Shown: piece after piece, positions 18,141 to 27,799 of the stretch | How positions within the stretch are numbered: position 1 is the first letter of the stretch | How the letters are laid out: the number at the start of each line of letters is the position of its first letter | Source of the DNA: Nitrososphaerota archaeon | GTDB taxonomy: Archaea > Thermoproteota > Nitrososphaeria > Nitrososphaerales > JAAOZN01 | Assembly: GCA_011605775.1 (NCBI GenBank) | Contig: JAAOZN010000008.1 | Location: forward strand, 1-59,932 | Direction of reading: 5' to 3' | DNA: 59,932 nucleotides | Made by a program: the position numbers and the translations under genes | The notes under the pieces: model-generated | What the model was told of the DNA's origin: nothing | Databases searched by the model: none | Seen by the model: only the letters and a program-made list of their open reading frames with translations

Positions 18141-19213
18141 GGGAAGACGAGAAAGAGATCATAGCGAAGAGGAAGCTGGACGGACTAAAAATCCCTCTAG
18201 AGCGAGATGTCCAAGCCCGCACAGCAACAACCCTTCTGGAGTGTGTGCATCTGATCCATAACGCATTGCCTGAAATAGACTTCAACGAGATAGACACGTC
18301 AACGACCTTTCTGAACCATAGATTCGGAGCACCTATACTAATAGATGCGATGACAGGCGGTACACCTGAAGCGGCGAAGGTTAACGCGAATCTAGCGGCT
18401 GCTGCAGAGCGGCTGAACCTAGGTATGGTGCTCGGAAGCCAAAGAGCAGCACTACTTGGTGAAGACCTAGCAGAAACCTACAGGGTGGCTAGGAATGAAG
18501 GGCCCAGCATCTTTCTGGCAGCCAACATAGGCGGAGCGCAGCTCGCAAGAGGTCTAAGTTTAGACGATATTAAGAAGCTGATCGATATTGTGAAGGCGGA
18601 CGCACTTGTAGTCCATCTTAACCCGTTGCAGGAGCTCATACAACCAGAAGGTGAACCAACCTACAAAGGGGTTCTAGCCAAGATACGCGAGCTGACTAAA
18701 CAGCTGAGCCTACCAGTTATAGTTAAGGAAGTAGGTTGCGGGCTGTCCAAAGAAGTAGCCCTAAAGCTAGAGCTGGCTAATGTAGCAGCATTGAATGTAG
18801 CTGGTGCTGGTGGAACAAGCTGGGCTGGTATAGAACACCACCGTGCACGAGAAGCTGAAGCTGATCAGAAGGCTGAGCTAGGCGAGATCTTCTGGGACTG
18901 GGGGATACCGACAGCTGCTGCTCTTATCGAAGTTGTTAAAGCTGTTAAGATCCCTGTAGTAGCCTCAGGAGGCATCAGAACTGGTTTAGATGCCGCCAAA
19001 TGTGTCGCTCTGGGTGCAGCGCTGAGCGGGATGGCCTACCCTCTCCTTAAAGCGGCTGTCGTTTCTAAAGAAGAATTGGAAAATACGCTTAAAAAGATAA
19101 TCCTCCAATTTAAGGCGACCATGTTTCTAGTAGGTGCCAGAAGTGTCAGCGAGCTTAGAAACGTCCGAAAGGTTATCACACAGCCTCTAAAAGACTGGTT
19201 AACAGAGCGATAA
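18137..19213 (+). CDS. fni: Type 2 isopentenyl-diphosphate delta-isomerase (FMN-dependent)
   Basis: The TIM-barrel motifs are MTGG, LNPLQELIQPEG, VIVKEVGCG, NVAGAGGTSWA and ASGGIRTGLD. Confidence 0.9.
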   Translation: MREDEKEIIAKRKLDGLKIPLERDVQARTATTLLECVHLIHNALPEIDFNEIDTSTTFLNHRFGAPILIDAMTGGTPEAAKVNANLAAAAERLNLGMVLGSQRAALLGEDLAETYRVARNEGPSIFLAANIGGAQLARGLSLDDIKKLIDIVKADALVVHLNPLQELIQPEGEPTYKGVLAKIRELTKQLSLPVIVKEVGCGLSKEVALKLELANVAALNVAGAGGTSWAGIEHHRAREAEADQKAELGEIFWDWGIPTAAALIEVVKAVKIPVVASGGIRTGLDAAKCVALGAALSGMAYPLLKAAVVSKEELENTLKKIILQFKATMFLVGARSVSELRNVRKVITQPLKDWLTER

Positions 19214-19264
19214 AGGTTATCAATAACAAGCGCGTATCTCCGGTGATCTGAATTGGAGTGGGGT

Positions 19265-20047
19265 ATGAGGAATAGGTTAGCTCAACTGATCCAGAAGGAT
19301 GGGCGTGCACTCTTCCTACCAATAGACCACGGCTACTTTCAAGGACCTACTACGAGACTCGAAGAGCCTGGTAAGACTGTGGCGCCACTAATGCCTTACG
19401 CCGACGCAATTATGCTTACACGTGGTGTACTTCGCTCCTGCATAGATCCAACGAACACCAAACCCATAATACTAAGAGTCTCAGGCGCAGTTAGCGTTAT
19501 AGGCGAAGACCTCTCCAATGAGAGCATCATAACATCCGTGAAAGAGGCGATAAGACTAAACGCCTCAGCAGTCTCTCTATCCATCTTCGTAGGCCACAAA
19601 TATGAACACCAATCACTAAAGAATCTAGCCACACTCGTCGATGAATGCGAAGATTACGGTATACCAGTTATGGCTGTTACAGCCGTAGGTAAGGAGCTTG
19701 AGAAGCGTGAAGCGAGATATCTCGCATTAAGCGCTAGGATTGCTGCTGAACTAGGTGCGAGAATAGTGAAAACATACTACTGCAAGGAAGGCTTTGAGAA
19801 GGTCGTTAGAGGCTGTCCAGTACCGGTAGTTATAGCAGGGGGCCCGAAGGTTGATTCAGAGCTCGAGGTCTTCGAGTGGATCTATGACGCCCTTCAGAAG
19901 GGAGCGATCGGTGTAAATCTTGGTAGAAACATCTGGCAGCATGACTACCCAGTTGCGATGATAAGGGCTATCAGAGCGATAATCCACGAAAACCACACGC
20001 CAAAGGAAGCGCTCGAGCTGTTTGAGAGAGTTAAGCGAGGCGGCTAA
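19265..20047 (+). CDS. Class I aldolase of the DhnA/FbaB/LsrF (ADH-synthase-like) family
   Basis: LFLPIDHGYFQGP, the Schiff-base-lysine context GARIVKTYY, PVVIAGGPK and GVNLGRNIWQH. The exact substrate cannot be told from the sequence. Confidence 0.7.
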   Translation: MRNRLAQLIQKDGRALFLPIDHGYFQGPTTRLEEPGKTVAPLMPYADAIMLTRGVLRSCIDPTNTKPIILRVSGAVSVIGEDLSNESIITSVKEAIRLNASAVSLSIFVGHKYEHQSLKNLATLVDECEDYGIPVMAVTAVGKELEKREARYLALSARIAAELGARIVKTYYCKEGFEKVVRGCPVPVVIAGGPKVDSELEVFEWIYDALQKGAIGVNLGRNIWQHDYPVAMIRAIRAIIHENHTPKEALELFERVKRGG

Positions 20048-20062
20048 AAGGGTCTTTCGCGG

Positions 20063-21085
20063 TTGCGTGTAGCGGTCTACTACAGCAATCAAGATATCCG
20101 TATTGAGGAAGTCGAAGTGCCAAAGATAGGTGCAGGAGAGCTCCTCATCAGAACAGAGGCTTGTGGAATCTGCGGCACAGATATCTTAGAATGGTACCGC
20201 AAGAAGAGAGCACCCGTTGTACTTGGTCACGAAGCTACAGGCGTTGTTGTGGAAGTAGGTGAAGGTGTAACAGCCTATAAGCCTGGAGACAGGGTCTTCG
20301 TCTCACACCACGTCCCTTGCGGGGTATGCAGATACTGCTTATCCGGTAAGGAGACCGCGTGTGAAACACTACACACAACCAACTACTACCCAGGCGGCTT
20401 CTCACAATACATCAGGGTGCCGAAGATAAACGTGGAAAAGGGAACATATCTGCTTCCAGACTCGGTTTCTTTTGATGAAGGCGTCTTCATAGAGCCTTTA
20501 GGATGTGTTATACGTGGGCAGAGAGTAGCGGGGTTAAAGAAGGATGACACCTTTCTCATCCTTGGTAGTGGTGTAGCAGGTCTTCTACACCTACAGCTAG
20601 CCCGCCTTAAAGGCGTCTCCAAGATCATCGCCACAGACATCAGTGAAAAAAAGTTAGAACACGCTAAACGCTTGGGTGCAGATTTAACTATAAACGCTCG
20701 CAAAGAAGACGTTGAGCAGGCTCTCCTCCGCTTTAACGGTAGGAAGGCTGATAAGGTTGTGCTCTGCACAGGTGCTCCATCAGCTTATGAAGATGCTATA
20801 AGGTGTGTGGATAGAGGAGGCACCGTTCTATTTTTTGCGGTGCCTGACCCATCTTACAGACCATACATCCCTTTGACAGAGTATTGGAGAAATGAGGTAA
20901 CTTTAACTACTTCGTATGGTGCTGCGCCTAGAGATCTTGAGGAGGCTCTTAAGATTGTTTCCAGCAGAGCCTTAGAGTTAGGTTGTTTGATCTCTCACCG
21001 TCTACCTCTCGCTGAGACTGCCTTGGGGTTTAGACTCGTCGTCGAGGGTGAGTCGCTTAAGGTTGTGATAAATCCAAACAGGTAG
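20063..21085 (+). CDS. Zinc-dependent alcohol/threonine-dehydrogenase-family (MDR) oxidoreductase
   Basis: CGICGTD, GHEATGVV, the structural-zinc loop CGVCRYCLSGKETAC, and a GSGVAGL Rossmann motif. Confidence 0.8.
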   Translation: MRVAVYYSNQDIRIEEVEVPKIGAGELLIRTEACGICGTDILEWYRKKRAPVVLGHEATGVVVEVGEGVTAYKPGDRVFVSHHVPCGVCRYCLSGKETACETLHTTNYYPGGFSQYIRVPKINVEKGTYLLPDSVSFDEGVFIEPLGCVIRGQRVAGLKKDDTFLILGSGVAGLLHLQLARLKGVSKIIATDISEKKLEHAKRLGADLTINARKEDVEQALLRFNGRKADKVVLCTGAPSAYEDAIRCVDRGGTVLFFAVPDPSYRPYIPLTEYWRNEVTLTTSYGAAPRDLEEALKIVSSRALELGCLISHRLPLAETALGFRLVVEGESLKVVINPNR

Positions 21086-21137
21086 GTGTATCGTCTGCGC
21101 TACCTTTAATAGTGCTCTTTAGGCAGTAAGTGGGCGG

Positions 21138-21896
21138 TTGGTTAAGATAGTAGCTGATGTTATGAGGAGGAATGTTGAGTGGATAAACCCGACTGAAAAC
21201 CTTAGGGTAGCTTCTACTATTCTTGGTGAAAAGCATATCGGAAGTTTGGTGGTGATGGGTAGCGTCGGTCCAATCGGTCTTCTTACAGAGACTGACATAA
21301 TATGGAAGGTCATCGCATTGAATCGAGACCTCTCCACAACTCTAGCGCTGGAGGTTATGTCCATCTCCTTTGGCCGCATAGGTGCGGATGCTTCTCTGAA
21401 GGAGGCTGCGAAGATGATGCTTGAGAAGAAGAAGCGGCTGCTGGTCTTCGAGGGTGATAGGCTGATAGGGATTGTTACCGCAACCGATCTTGTCAAAGGT
21501 ATCGCTGAAGCTGATTTGGCTGTTGGTGTTGAGGGGGTTATGTCTAAGAAGATCTTCTGTTTGGATGAGAATGCGACGGCTCTAGAGGCTGCTCAGATGA
21601 TGGCTGATAAGAGGATAGGTAGCGTCATCGTCACAAGGGATGATGAGCCCTACGGCATCTTTGCTGAGCGTGACATTATCACGAAAGTGGCTGCGCGGAA
21701 CTTACCCTTCACAACCCAGCTAAAGTTTCTACTTTCAACACCTCTGATCACAGCGCTAGTCAACACTACCATAAGTGAGGCAGCTAAGATTATGGTGGAG
21801 AAGGGCATTAAGCGGCTTCCACTTCTCCAAGGAGAGGATTTTGTGGGTATAGTTACGGCTCGAGACCTAGTAGAAGCTTACGCGAAAACCCCGTAG
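21138..21896 (+). CDS. CBS-domain protein (four tandem CBS motifs)
   Basis: Four repeats of the pattern ...IGSLVV.....GI.TE.DI......, with no other domain. Confidence 0.8.
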   Translation: MVKIVADVMRRNVEWINPTENLRVASTILGEKHIGSLVVMGSVGPIGLLTETDIIWKVIALNRDLSTTLALEVMSISFGRIGADASLKEAAKMMLEKKKRLLVFEGDRLIGIVTATDLVKGIAEADLAVGVEGVMSKKIFCLDENATALEAAQMMADKRIGSVIVTRDDEPYGIFAERDIITKVAARNLPFTTQLKFLLSTPLITALVNTTISEAAKIMVEKGIKRLPLLQGEDFVGIVTARDLVEAYAKTP

Positions 21897-22038
21897 AGGC
21901 TCAGATGTGTTGGCAGATGAAAAGCTTATCCTCTAATGTAGTGTTAAAGGTTTCCTCACCATTGTTATGTAAAGTTGATTAGGAAAGTTTTTATCTCCCT
22001 CCATAGTTGTCACTCAGTAGCTAAAGAAGTGAAAACCT

Positions 22039-22278
22039 TTGTCACACAGCGGGAAGAAGCCTCTGCAATGCCTTCAGAAGGCGATTAACAAGCATATCTC
22101 TGTGAAGCTGAAGAGTGACCTGGAGTATCGAGGGAAGATGGCCAATGTCGATAGCTACATGAATGTTATCCTTGTGGATGCGCAGGAGTATTCGAAGGGT
22201 GTGCTTTCTGCCCAATTCGGCAAAGTGGTTATACGAGGCAATAACGTGCTGTTCATCAAATTCGAAGACGATATATAA
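22039..22278 (+). CDS. Sm-like archaeal protein (LSm/SmAP)
   Basis: PLQCLQKAINKHISVKLKSDLEYRGKMANVDSYMNVILVDAQEY...VIRGNNVLFI carries the Sm1 and Sm2 motifs. Confidence 0.8.
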   Translation: MSHSGKKPLQCLQKAINKHISVKLKSDLEYRGKMANVDSYMNVILVDAQEYSKGVLSAQFGKVVIRGNNVLFIKFEDDI

Positions 22279-22300
22279 TCGTTGGGAAGATGGGTTGGTG

Positions 22301-23512
22301 ATGTCCTTCCTGCATACTGAGGAACTTAAAGCTTCTCCTGTTTCTGAGCTCGAAGTGGAGATTGTTGAGAGGAAGGGTGTCGGCCACCCAGACAGCCTTA
22401 TAGATGGGGCTTGTGAAGCCGTTTCGTTAAGCCTCTGCGAATACTATCTTAGAGAGTTCGGCACAATACTGCACCACAACGTGGATAAGGGGCTGCTTGT
22501 TGGTGGTAGGTCTCAGCCTAGATTCGGTGGGGGTGAGGTTATAGAGCCTATCTATATCCTCATCGCTGGTAGATCTACTTCGTTTATAAGCAAGGGGTCT
22601 GAAACTATTTCTGTGCCGATTGGTGGTATAGCTCTCACATCGGTGAAGGATTATCTTAAGAGGGCTGTGAGGCATCTAGATGTGGAGAGGCACGTTGTTG
22701 TGGATTATAGGATAAAGCAGGGTTCTCAGGATCTAATGTCGGTCTTCAGCGGGTCGAAGAGTGTGCCTTTGGCGAATGATACTTCTATAGGTGTGGGTTA
22801 TGCCCCTCTTACGCCCACTGAGGAACTCGTTTTGCAGACTGAGAAGCTGCTGAACTCTGAGCGGGTGAAGAAGATGCTTCCTGAGACTGGCGAGGACATC
22901 AAAGTCATGGGGTTTAGGAGGGGTAAGACGCTGAACCTTACTGTGGCTGTTGCTACTGTGAGTGGGTTGATCCCTGATGCTTCCCATTATGAGAGTGTTA
23001 TGGAGGATGTAAGTAACTTGATTAAGGATCTCGCCGCCAAACAGAGTGAGCTCGAAGTAGTAGTTAAAGTGAATACTGGTGATATTAAGGCTACTGGGAG
23101 CTACTACTTGACCGTGACTGGGACGTCTGCTGAGGCTGGGGATGATGGGAATACAGGTAGGGGGAATCGTGCTAATGGTCTCATAGCGCCTATGCGCCAG
23201 TATTCTATGGAGGCTACTGCGGGTAAGAATCCGGTTAATCACACTGGTAAGATCTATCAGGTTGTTGCGCAGAGGGCTGCAAATAGGATTTTTGGTGAGG
23301 TGAGCGGGGTTAGGGAGGTTTATGTGCGTTTATTGAGTAGGATTGGTTCGCCTATCTCTGAGCCTCAGGTTGCAAGCGCTGCTCTAGTGCTTGAGAGGGG
23401 TAGGAGTCTGGGTGCTGTGAAGGGTGATGTTGAAGGTATAATGTTGGAGGAGTTGGGCAAGATTTCTCAGGTTACTGAGATGATTAGGCGTGGGGAGGTA
23501 ACGCTCTTCTAA
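22301..23512 (+). CDS. mat: Archaeal-type S-adenosylmethionine synthetase
   Basis: ERKGVGHPDSLIDG, HNVDKGLLVGG and GDDGNTGRGNR are archaeal MAT signatures. The ATG at 22301 gives 403 aa; the longer 22163 ORF overlaps the Sm gene and is rejected. Confidence 0.9.
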   Translation: MSFLHTEELKASPVSELEVEIVERKGVGHPDSLIDGACEAVSLSLCEYYLREFGTILHHNVDKGLLVGGRSQPRFGGGEVIEPIYILIAGRSTSFISKGSETISVPIGGIALTSVKDYLKRAVRHLDVERHVVVDYRIKQGSQDLMSVFSGSKSVPLANDTSIGVGYAPLTPTEELVLQTEKLLNSERVKKMLPETGEDIKVMGFRRGKTLNLTVAVATVSGLIPDASHYESVMEDVSNLIKDLAAKQSELEVVVKVNTGDIKATGSYYLTVTGTSAEAGDDGNTGRGNRANGLIAPMRQYSMEATAGKNPVNHTGKIYQVVAQRAANRIFGEVSGVREVYVRLLSRIGSPISEPQVASAALVLERGRSLGAVKGDVEGIMLEELGKISQVTEMIRRGEVTLF

Positions 23513-24408
23513 CCGTAGACTTCGACCCTGTCTCTCCAGCCTCTGACGTAGAAGGACGCTTCTTCAAGCGGGCACTCTATCTTGAATCTTCTTCCGAAGA
23601 ATCTGAGTATGTTTGCTACATCTCTATCTAGGAGGATTTCTGCGTTGGGGTGGTTCTTTTCCACTGCTTGAGGCCAGTCTATGATCCATATCTTTGGGTC
23701 TTCGCAGAGGATGTTGAATTCGCTTAGGTCTGCGTTTATGACTCCTGCTTCGGTGTATGCTTTGCGAATGTTCTTCAGGATCTCTTTTAGCGTCTTCTTT
23801 GGGTCTTTGAGTTCTTTGTAGTCTACGAGTAGTCTGCCGTGAAGCCTCTTCATGAGTAGCGCGTGTCTTTCGCGTGCTATGATCTCTGGTACTGAGACGC
23901 CTACTTTGAGTAGTTTGCTGACCGCTTCTGCTTCTTTTTTGGCTGCGTTGATGTTCACCTTTAGCCAGTGGTGGTGTGCAAGGTCTTCGGAGTAGCTTCG
24001 TTTGACTCTTATCGCTCTGAAGCTTATTCGCCCTATTCTGTAGAATTTGATGGCGTAGAGGTTGCCCGAGTCGTCTGCGGCTTCGTACACGTCTGCTTCT
24101 TTGCCTACGCCTATCATCGAGCCTATTCCGCTTATGAGGTTACGTTTGACGAAGCCTCTTAGCGCTAGGGCGTCTAGCCCTGCTGAGACTAAGGTTGCGC
24201 CTTTTGAGGTGAGGTGTATGAGCTTGAGTTGGTCGAGTTTCTTGGCTCTGAACTTTACTTCATCGATGTGTAGGTGTGTGGCTTTGGAGAGGTAGTCGAA
24301 GGGTACGACTTCGTAGGCGTCGAGTGCTCTTTCGAGGGCTGCGAGCACGCTCCACTCTTCTGGCTCTAGTGTTTTGAGGGTTTGGGCTGCGATGTGGGTT
24401 GTTGACAT
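23509..24408 (-). CDS. rio2: RIO-type serine kinase Rio2 with an N-terminal winged helix
   Basis: The N-terminal wHTH (WSVLAALE...) is followed by a RIO kinase domain (GVGKEADVY, YAIKFYR, NADLSEFNIL, IIDWPQAV). Confidence 0.85.
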   Translation of the reverse strand: MSTTHIAAQTLKTLEPEEWSVLAALERALDAYEVVPFDYLSKATHLHIDEVKFRAKKLDQLKLIHLTSKGATLVSAGLDALALRGFVKRNLISGIGSMIGVGKEADVYEAADDSGNLYAIKFYRIGRISFRAIRVKRSYSEDLAHHHWLKVNINAAKKEAEAVSKLLKVGVSVPEIIARERHALLMKRLHGRLLVDYKELKDPKKTLKEILKNIRKAYTEAGVINADLSEFNILCEDPKIWIIDWPQAVEKNHPNAEILLDRDVANILRFFGRRFKIECPLEEASFYVRGWRDRVEVYG

Positions 24409-24552
24409 GCTGTTACCTCTTGGTTGCGCGCATTTTGCGTCGCTGCTTGAGGTTTAGATGAGTGGGTTATTTAGTTTGATGCTTAGGGTGCAGATAATAC
24501 AAACGGTCCAAGTGGATCAGAAACACACGCGTGGAGAGGGTTGGGCTAATTC

Positions 24553-24945
24553 CTACTCTACTGCGAATACTTCGATCATAGGCATTTCAGGCGACCTTGG
24601 ATTCGGGGTAAGCCTCCTCGTGCTCGGCTCGATTATCAAATCTAACCTTTCAAGCACGATCTGACCGATAAGAGGCTGTGCCCCCTCCTCCTCAGCCAAC
24701 ACATCAAAATTACCCACCCTGCCCATCAACTCTACTCTCACCACACCATACACCTCTTTCTCCTTCACACTTCCATCAGCATACTTCACCTTCACATCCT
24801 CAACCTTCTTCAGACCAAGCATCTTAACCAAACTCTTAGGCAACACTACCATCGTAGCGCCACTGTCAACAACTGCTTCTACTTCAACAGACCTCTCAGG
24901 ATCAAAGGAGTTTGTAAACCTAACCTTCTCAACAACCTTACCCAA
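24553..24945 (-). CDS. Retropepsin-like (clan AA) aspartic protease
   Basis: 130 aa with a TTG start. VVDSGATMVVLP contains the D-S/T-G-A catalytic motif, and a C-terminal LIGQIVLERL flap/dimerisation-like segment follows. Confidence 0.65.
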   Translation of the reverse strand: MGKVVEKVRFTNSFDPERSVEVEAVVDSGATMVVLPKSLVKMLGLKKVEDVKVKYADGSVKEKEVYGVVRVELMGRVGNFDVLAEEEGAQPLIGQIVLERLDLIIEPSTRRLTPNPRSPEMPMIEVFAVE

Positions 24946-25026
24946 CTTAACCCACTTTCAACCACACTATCTGAACCAACAGAAACACATTAAGTTTTCG
25001 GCAACAAACACGTTGGAGAAGGGTTT

Positions 25027-25066
25027 ACTACCCACTCTTACTTGAGCTATGTGGCTAGTGGGTAGT
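25027..25066. promoter_or_regulatory. Inverted repeat ACTACCCACT-N20-AGTGGGTAGT
   Basis: Perfect 10-bp arms (25027-25036 and 25057-25066) end 11 nt upstream of the ATG at 25077 of the PurM-like/nadCXA gene string. It could be an operator or a 5' hairpin. Confidence 0.3.
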
Positions 25067-25076
25067 GTGCGCAGAT

Positions 25077-26072
25077 ATGCCCCTACCAATAGGGAAAGTA
25101 CCCCCAAACATACTACAATCCCTAGTCCTAAGAAGAACAGGAGCACCATCACCACTCCTGAAAGTCAAACCCAGAATCGGTTTAGACGTCGCAGTAATAG
25201 CGCTTAAAGACATCTACCTAATCCTATCTTCAGACCCAATAACTGGGGTAGCTGAAGAGATAGGCTGGTACGCTGTAAACGTTGCTGCGAATGACGTAGC
25301 CACAGCAGGCGCCAAACCCATGTTCCTGCAATCAGTCATACTACTCCCAGAAGGCTCGGAAGCATCCACGCTTAAGCAGATAACAACAGACATGCACAGA
25401 GCAGCAAAAAAGATAGGACTAACCATAACAGGAGGGCACACAGAAACAGTAAAAGACCTCAAAAGACCCATAATCATATCAACCTGCATCAGCATAGCGG
25501 AGAGCTATGTAACAGCAGCAGACGCAAAACTAGGCGACGTAATCCTAATGACTAAAGCAGCAGCCCTAGAAGGAACATCAATCCTAGCCAGACACGACAA
25601 AACACTCAAAGACCTACCAAAAAACACAAGAAGAGAAGCAGTAAACCTAGCCAAAAAGATCAGCATAGTAGAGGAAGCCGTAGAAGCCTACTCAACAGGC
25701 TACGTTCACGCCATGCACGACCCAACCGAAGGAGGAATAATAGGAGGGCTATGCGAAATGGCAGAAGCATCCAAACTAGGCTTCATAGTCCACAAAGCAA
25801 AGATCCCCATACGAGATGTAACAAAAAAGATATGTCAACTCAAAGGCATAGACCCCCTCCGCCTAATAAGCTCAGGAGCCCTACTACTCGCCGTAGACCC
25901 AAAAGGCGTAGAAGAGGTCAAAAAGAGGCTCACAGCGAAAGGCATACCAGTAGCAGAAATAGGCAGATTCACACCATCCAAACGCATACTCATAGATGAA
26001 CAGGGCAAAAAACACATCCTACCAAAAACCGTAATTGACGAGCTTTGGAGAATAGAGGAAGATGTAGGATGA
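25077..26072 (+). CDS. AIR-synthase-related (PurM/ThiL/HypE superfamily) protein
   Basis: GLDVAVI, NDVATAGAKP, TGGHTE and a C-terminal PurM-C-like domain (HAMHDPTEGG). The stop overlaps the nadC start (ATGA at 26069-26072). Confidence 0.7.
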   Translation: MPLPIGKVPPNILQSLVLRRTGAPSPLLKVKPRIGLDVAVIALKDIYLILSSDPITGVAEEIGWYAVNVAANDVATAGAKPMFLQSVILLPEGSEASTLKQITTDMHRAAKKIGLTITGGHTETVKDLKRPIIISTCISIAESYVTAADAKLGDVILMTKAAALEGTSILARHDKTLKDLPKNTRREAVNLAKKISIVEEAVEAYSTGYVHAMHDPTEGGIIGGLCEMAEASKLGFIVHKAKIPIRDVTKKICQLKGIDPLRLISSGALLLAVDPKGVEEVKKRLTAKGIPVAEIGRFTPSKRILIDEQGKKHILPKTVIDELWRIEEDVG

Positions 26073-26938
26073 GCAACCCCCTCCTCAAAGAAACCCTGCT
26101 AAAGTTTGTAGAGGAAGACGCACCCTGGGGAGACCTGACCACCGAACTAACCATAAACCCAGAAACTGAAGCCAAAGGTAAGATATTAGCGAAGGCAAGC
26201 GGCGTCTTCGCAGGCACAGAGGAAGTCGAAACACTAGCCTCGCTCTTAAACCTCAAAACTAGGATGAAGATCAGAGACGGGGAGAGATTCGAAGCAAACA
26301 CAATACTAGGTGAGATTATAGGAAAAGCCAAAAACATACTCCTCATTGAGAGAACCCTCCTAAACCTCCTATCACACATGTGCAGCATAGCAACCGCCAC
26401 CAGAGCAGCAACAGACCTCATCAAATCAAAAGGATTACAGACACGCATAGCAGCCACCAGAAAGACCCACCCAGGCCTAAGACTCTTCGAAAAGAAGGCT
26501 GTCAAGATCGGAGGGGGAGACACACACAGAATGGACCTATCATCTATGGTGCTGATTAAAGACAACCACATCAACTTATGCGGCAGCGTCGGCGAAGCGG
26601 TCAAGAGGGCGAGAGCGGTCTCCAGCTTCACAACAAAGATTGAAGTTGAAGTAAGATCGTTAGCCGAAGCGTTAGAGGCTGCGGAGGCTGGTGCTGACAT
26701 AATTATGCTCGACAATATGCCGCTAGAAGGTGTCAAAGAAGTCGTAGAAGAATTTGAGCGAAGGGGCCTGCGAAACAGGGTTCTGCTAGAAGCCTCCGGC
26801 GGAATAAACCAAACAAACTTCCTCGACTACGCGCAAGCCGGTGTGGACGTAATCTCTATGGGCAGCCTAACCATCTCGCCTCAACCGCTCGACATCAGCC
26901 TAGAAGTGGAACCATACAAAGGTGAAGAAGATGCCTAA
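26069..26938 (+). CDS. nadC: Nicotinate-nucleotide pyrophosphorylase (quinolinate phosphoribosyltransferase)
   Basis: EDAPWGDLTT, ERTLLNLLSHMCSIAT, RKTHPGLR, KDNH, MLDNM and EASGGI are canonical NadC blocks. Confidence 0.9.
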   Translation: MSNPLLKETLLKFVEEDAPWGDLTTELTINPETEAKGKILAKASGVFAGTEEVETLASLLNLKTRMKIRDGERFEANTILGEIIGKAKNILLIERTLLNLLSHMCSIATATRAATDLIKSKGLQTRIAATRKTHPGLRLFEKKAVKIGGGDTHRMDLSSMVLIKDNHINLCGSVGEAVKRARAVSSFTTKIEVEVRSLAEALEAAEAGADIIMLDNMPLEGVKEVVEEFERRGLRNRVLLEASGGINQTNFLDYAQAGVDVISMGSLTISPQPLDISLEVEPYKGEEDA

Positions 26939-27761
26939 AAAGATGCGTATAGGGATCATCGGCTGCGGAGCAATAGGAAGCGAGATCGCCAAAGCGATAG
27001 ACGAAGGGCTCATACCAAGTGCCAAGCTGAAGGCGGTCCTAGACAAGGACCCCCAATCAGCAAAAAAGCTCAACACACAACTCAAAAAGAAGATCAAGGT
27101 GGTCAAGACCATCAACCAACTCCTAAAAGCAGGAGTAGACCTAGTAGTAGAAGCTGCTTCACAGCAAGCAGTAAAAGAATACGCTGAAAAGATTCTGAAG
27201 AGCAGAAAAGACCTACTCATACTAAGCGTAGGCGCGCTGCTAGACAACACACTACTCCAAAACCTACTTAAGCTCTGCCAAAAGCACAGGAACAGAATCT
27301 ACGTGATCTCAGGCGCCCTAGGTGGAATTGATGCGATAAAAGCAGCAAGCATAGTAGGCTTCACAGATCTAACCCTAACGACTCACAAACACCCAAACGC
27401 ACTAGCCTCATCACCCTACTTTACTGAAAGAGGGTTAGATCCAAAGAGCATCACTCAACCAACCCTACTCTACGAGGGCAGCGCCTCGGAAGCGGTAAGG
27501 CTCTTCCCAGCCAATGTAAATGTAGCAGCAACATTAGCACTCGCAGCCCAACCAAAAGAGCCTCTCATACGTGTAGTGGCAGACCCAACCATAGACGTAA
27601 ACATACACGAGTTAGTTGCGAAGGGCGAATTCGGTGAAATAACCATAGTGATGAAGAACACACCATCATCGACGAACCCTAAGACGAGCTACATTGCAGC
27701 CCTATCAGCAATTTCAGCCCTACGAAGCATCTGCAGCTCCGGGGTTAAAGTAGGCATATAA
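26931..27761 (+). CDS. nadX: L-aspartate dehydrogenase
   Basis: MRIGIIGCGAIGSEIA Rossmann N-terminus, ISGALGGIDA, and a C-terminal KTSYIAALSA typical of NadX. It lies between nadC and nadA. Confidence 0.85.
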   Translation: MPKKMRIGIIGCGAIGSEIAKAIDEGLIPSAKLKAVLDKDPQSAKKLNTQLKKKIKVVKTINQLLKAGVDLVVEAASQQAVKEYAEKILKSRKDLLILSVGALLDNTLLQNLLKLCQKHRNRIYVISGALGGIDAIKAASIVGFTDLTLTTHKHPNALASSPYFTERGLDPKSITQPTLLYEGSASEAVRLFPANVNVAATLALAAQPKEPLIRVVADPTIDVNIHELVAKGEFGEITIVMKNTPSSTNPKTSYIAALSAISALRSICSSGVKVGI

Positions 27762-27799
27762 GGGGCAAATTAGAACAACTCATCCAACCCTCAAGGTTT

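Noticed and set aside
22163-22300. Long upstream extension of the SAM-synthetase ORF overlapping the Sm-protein gene
   Set aside because: The extension overlaps the conserved Sm gene in another frame. The ATG at 22301 gives the canonical ~400-aa archaeal MAT.
23509-23512. MAT and Rio2 convergent genes sharing CTAA (TAA on +, TAG on -)
   Set aside because: This is a real but trivial overlap of stop codons with no evident functional implication. A similar 4-nt overlap occurs at secY/DUF54.
25990-26736. 248-aa ORF on the minus strand, antisense to nadC
   Set aside because: It lies fully inside the well-supported nadC gene. Its translation is low-complexity (S/A/L-rich) with no motif. The extreme AC richness of the + strand depletes stop codons on the opposite strand, so long spurious ORFs are expected.
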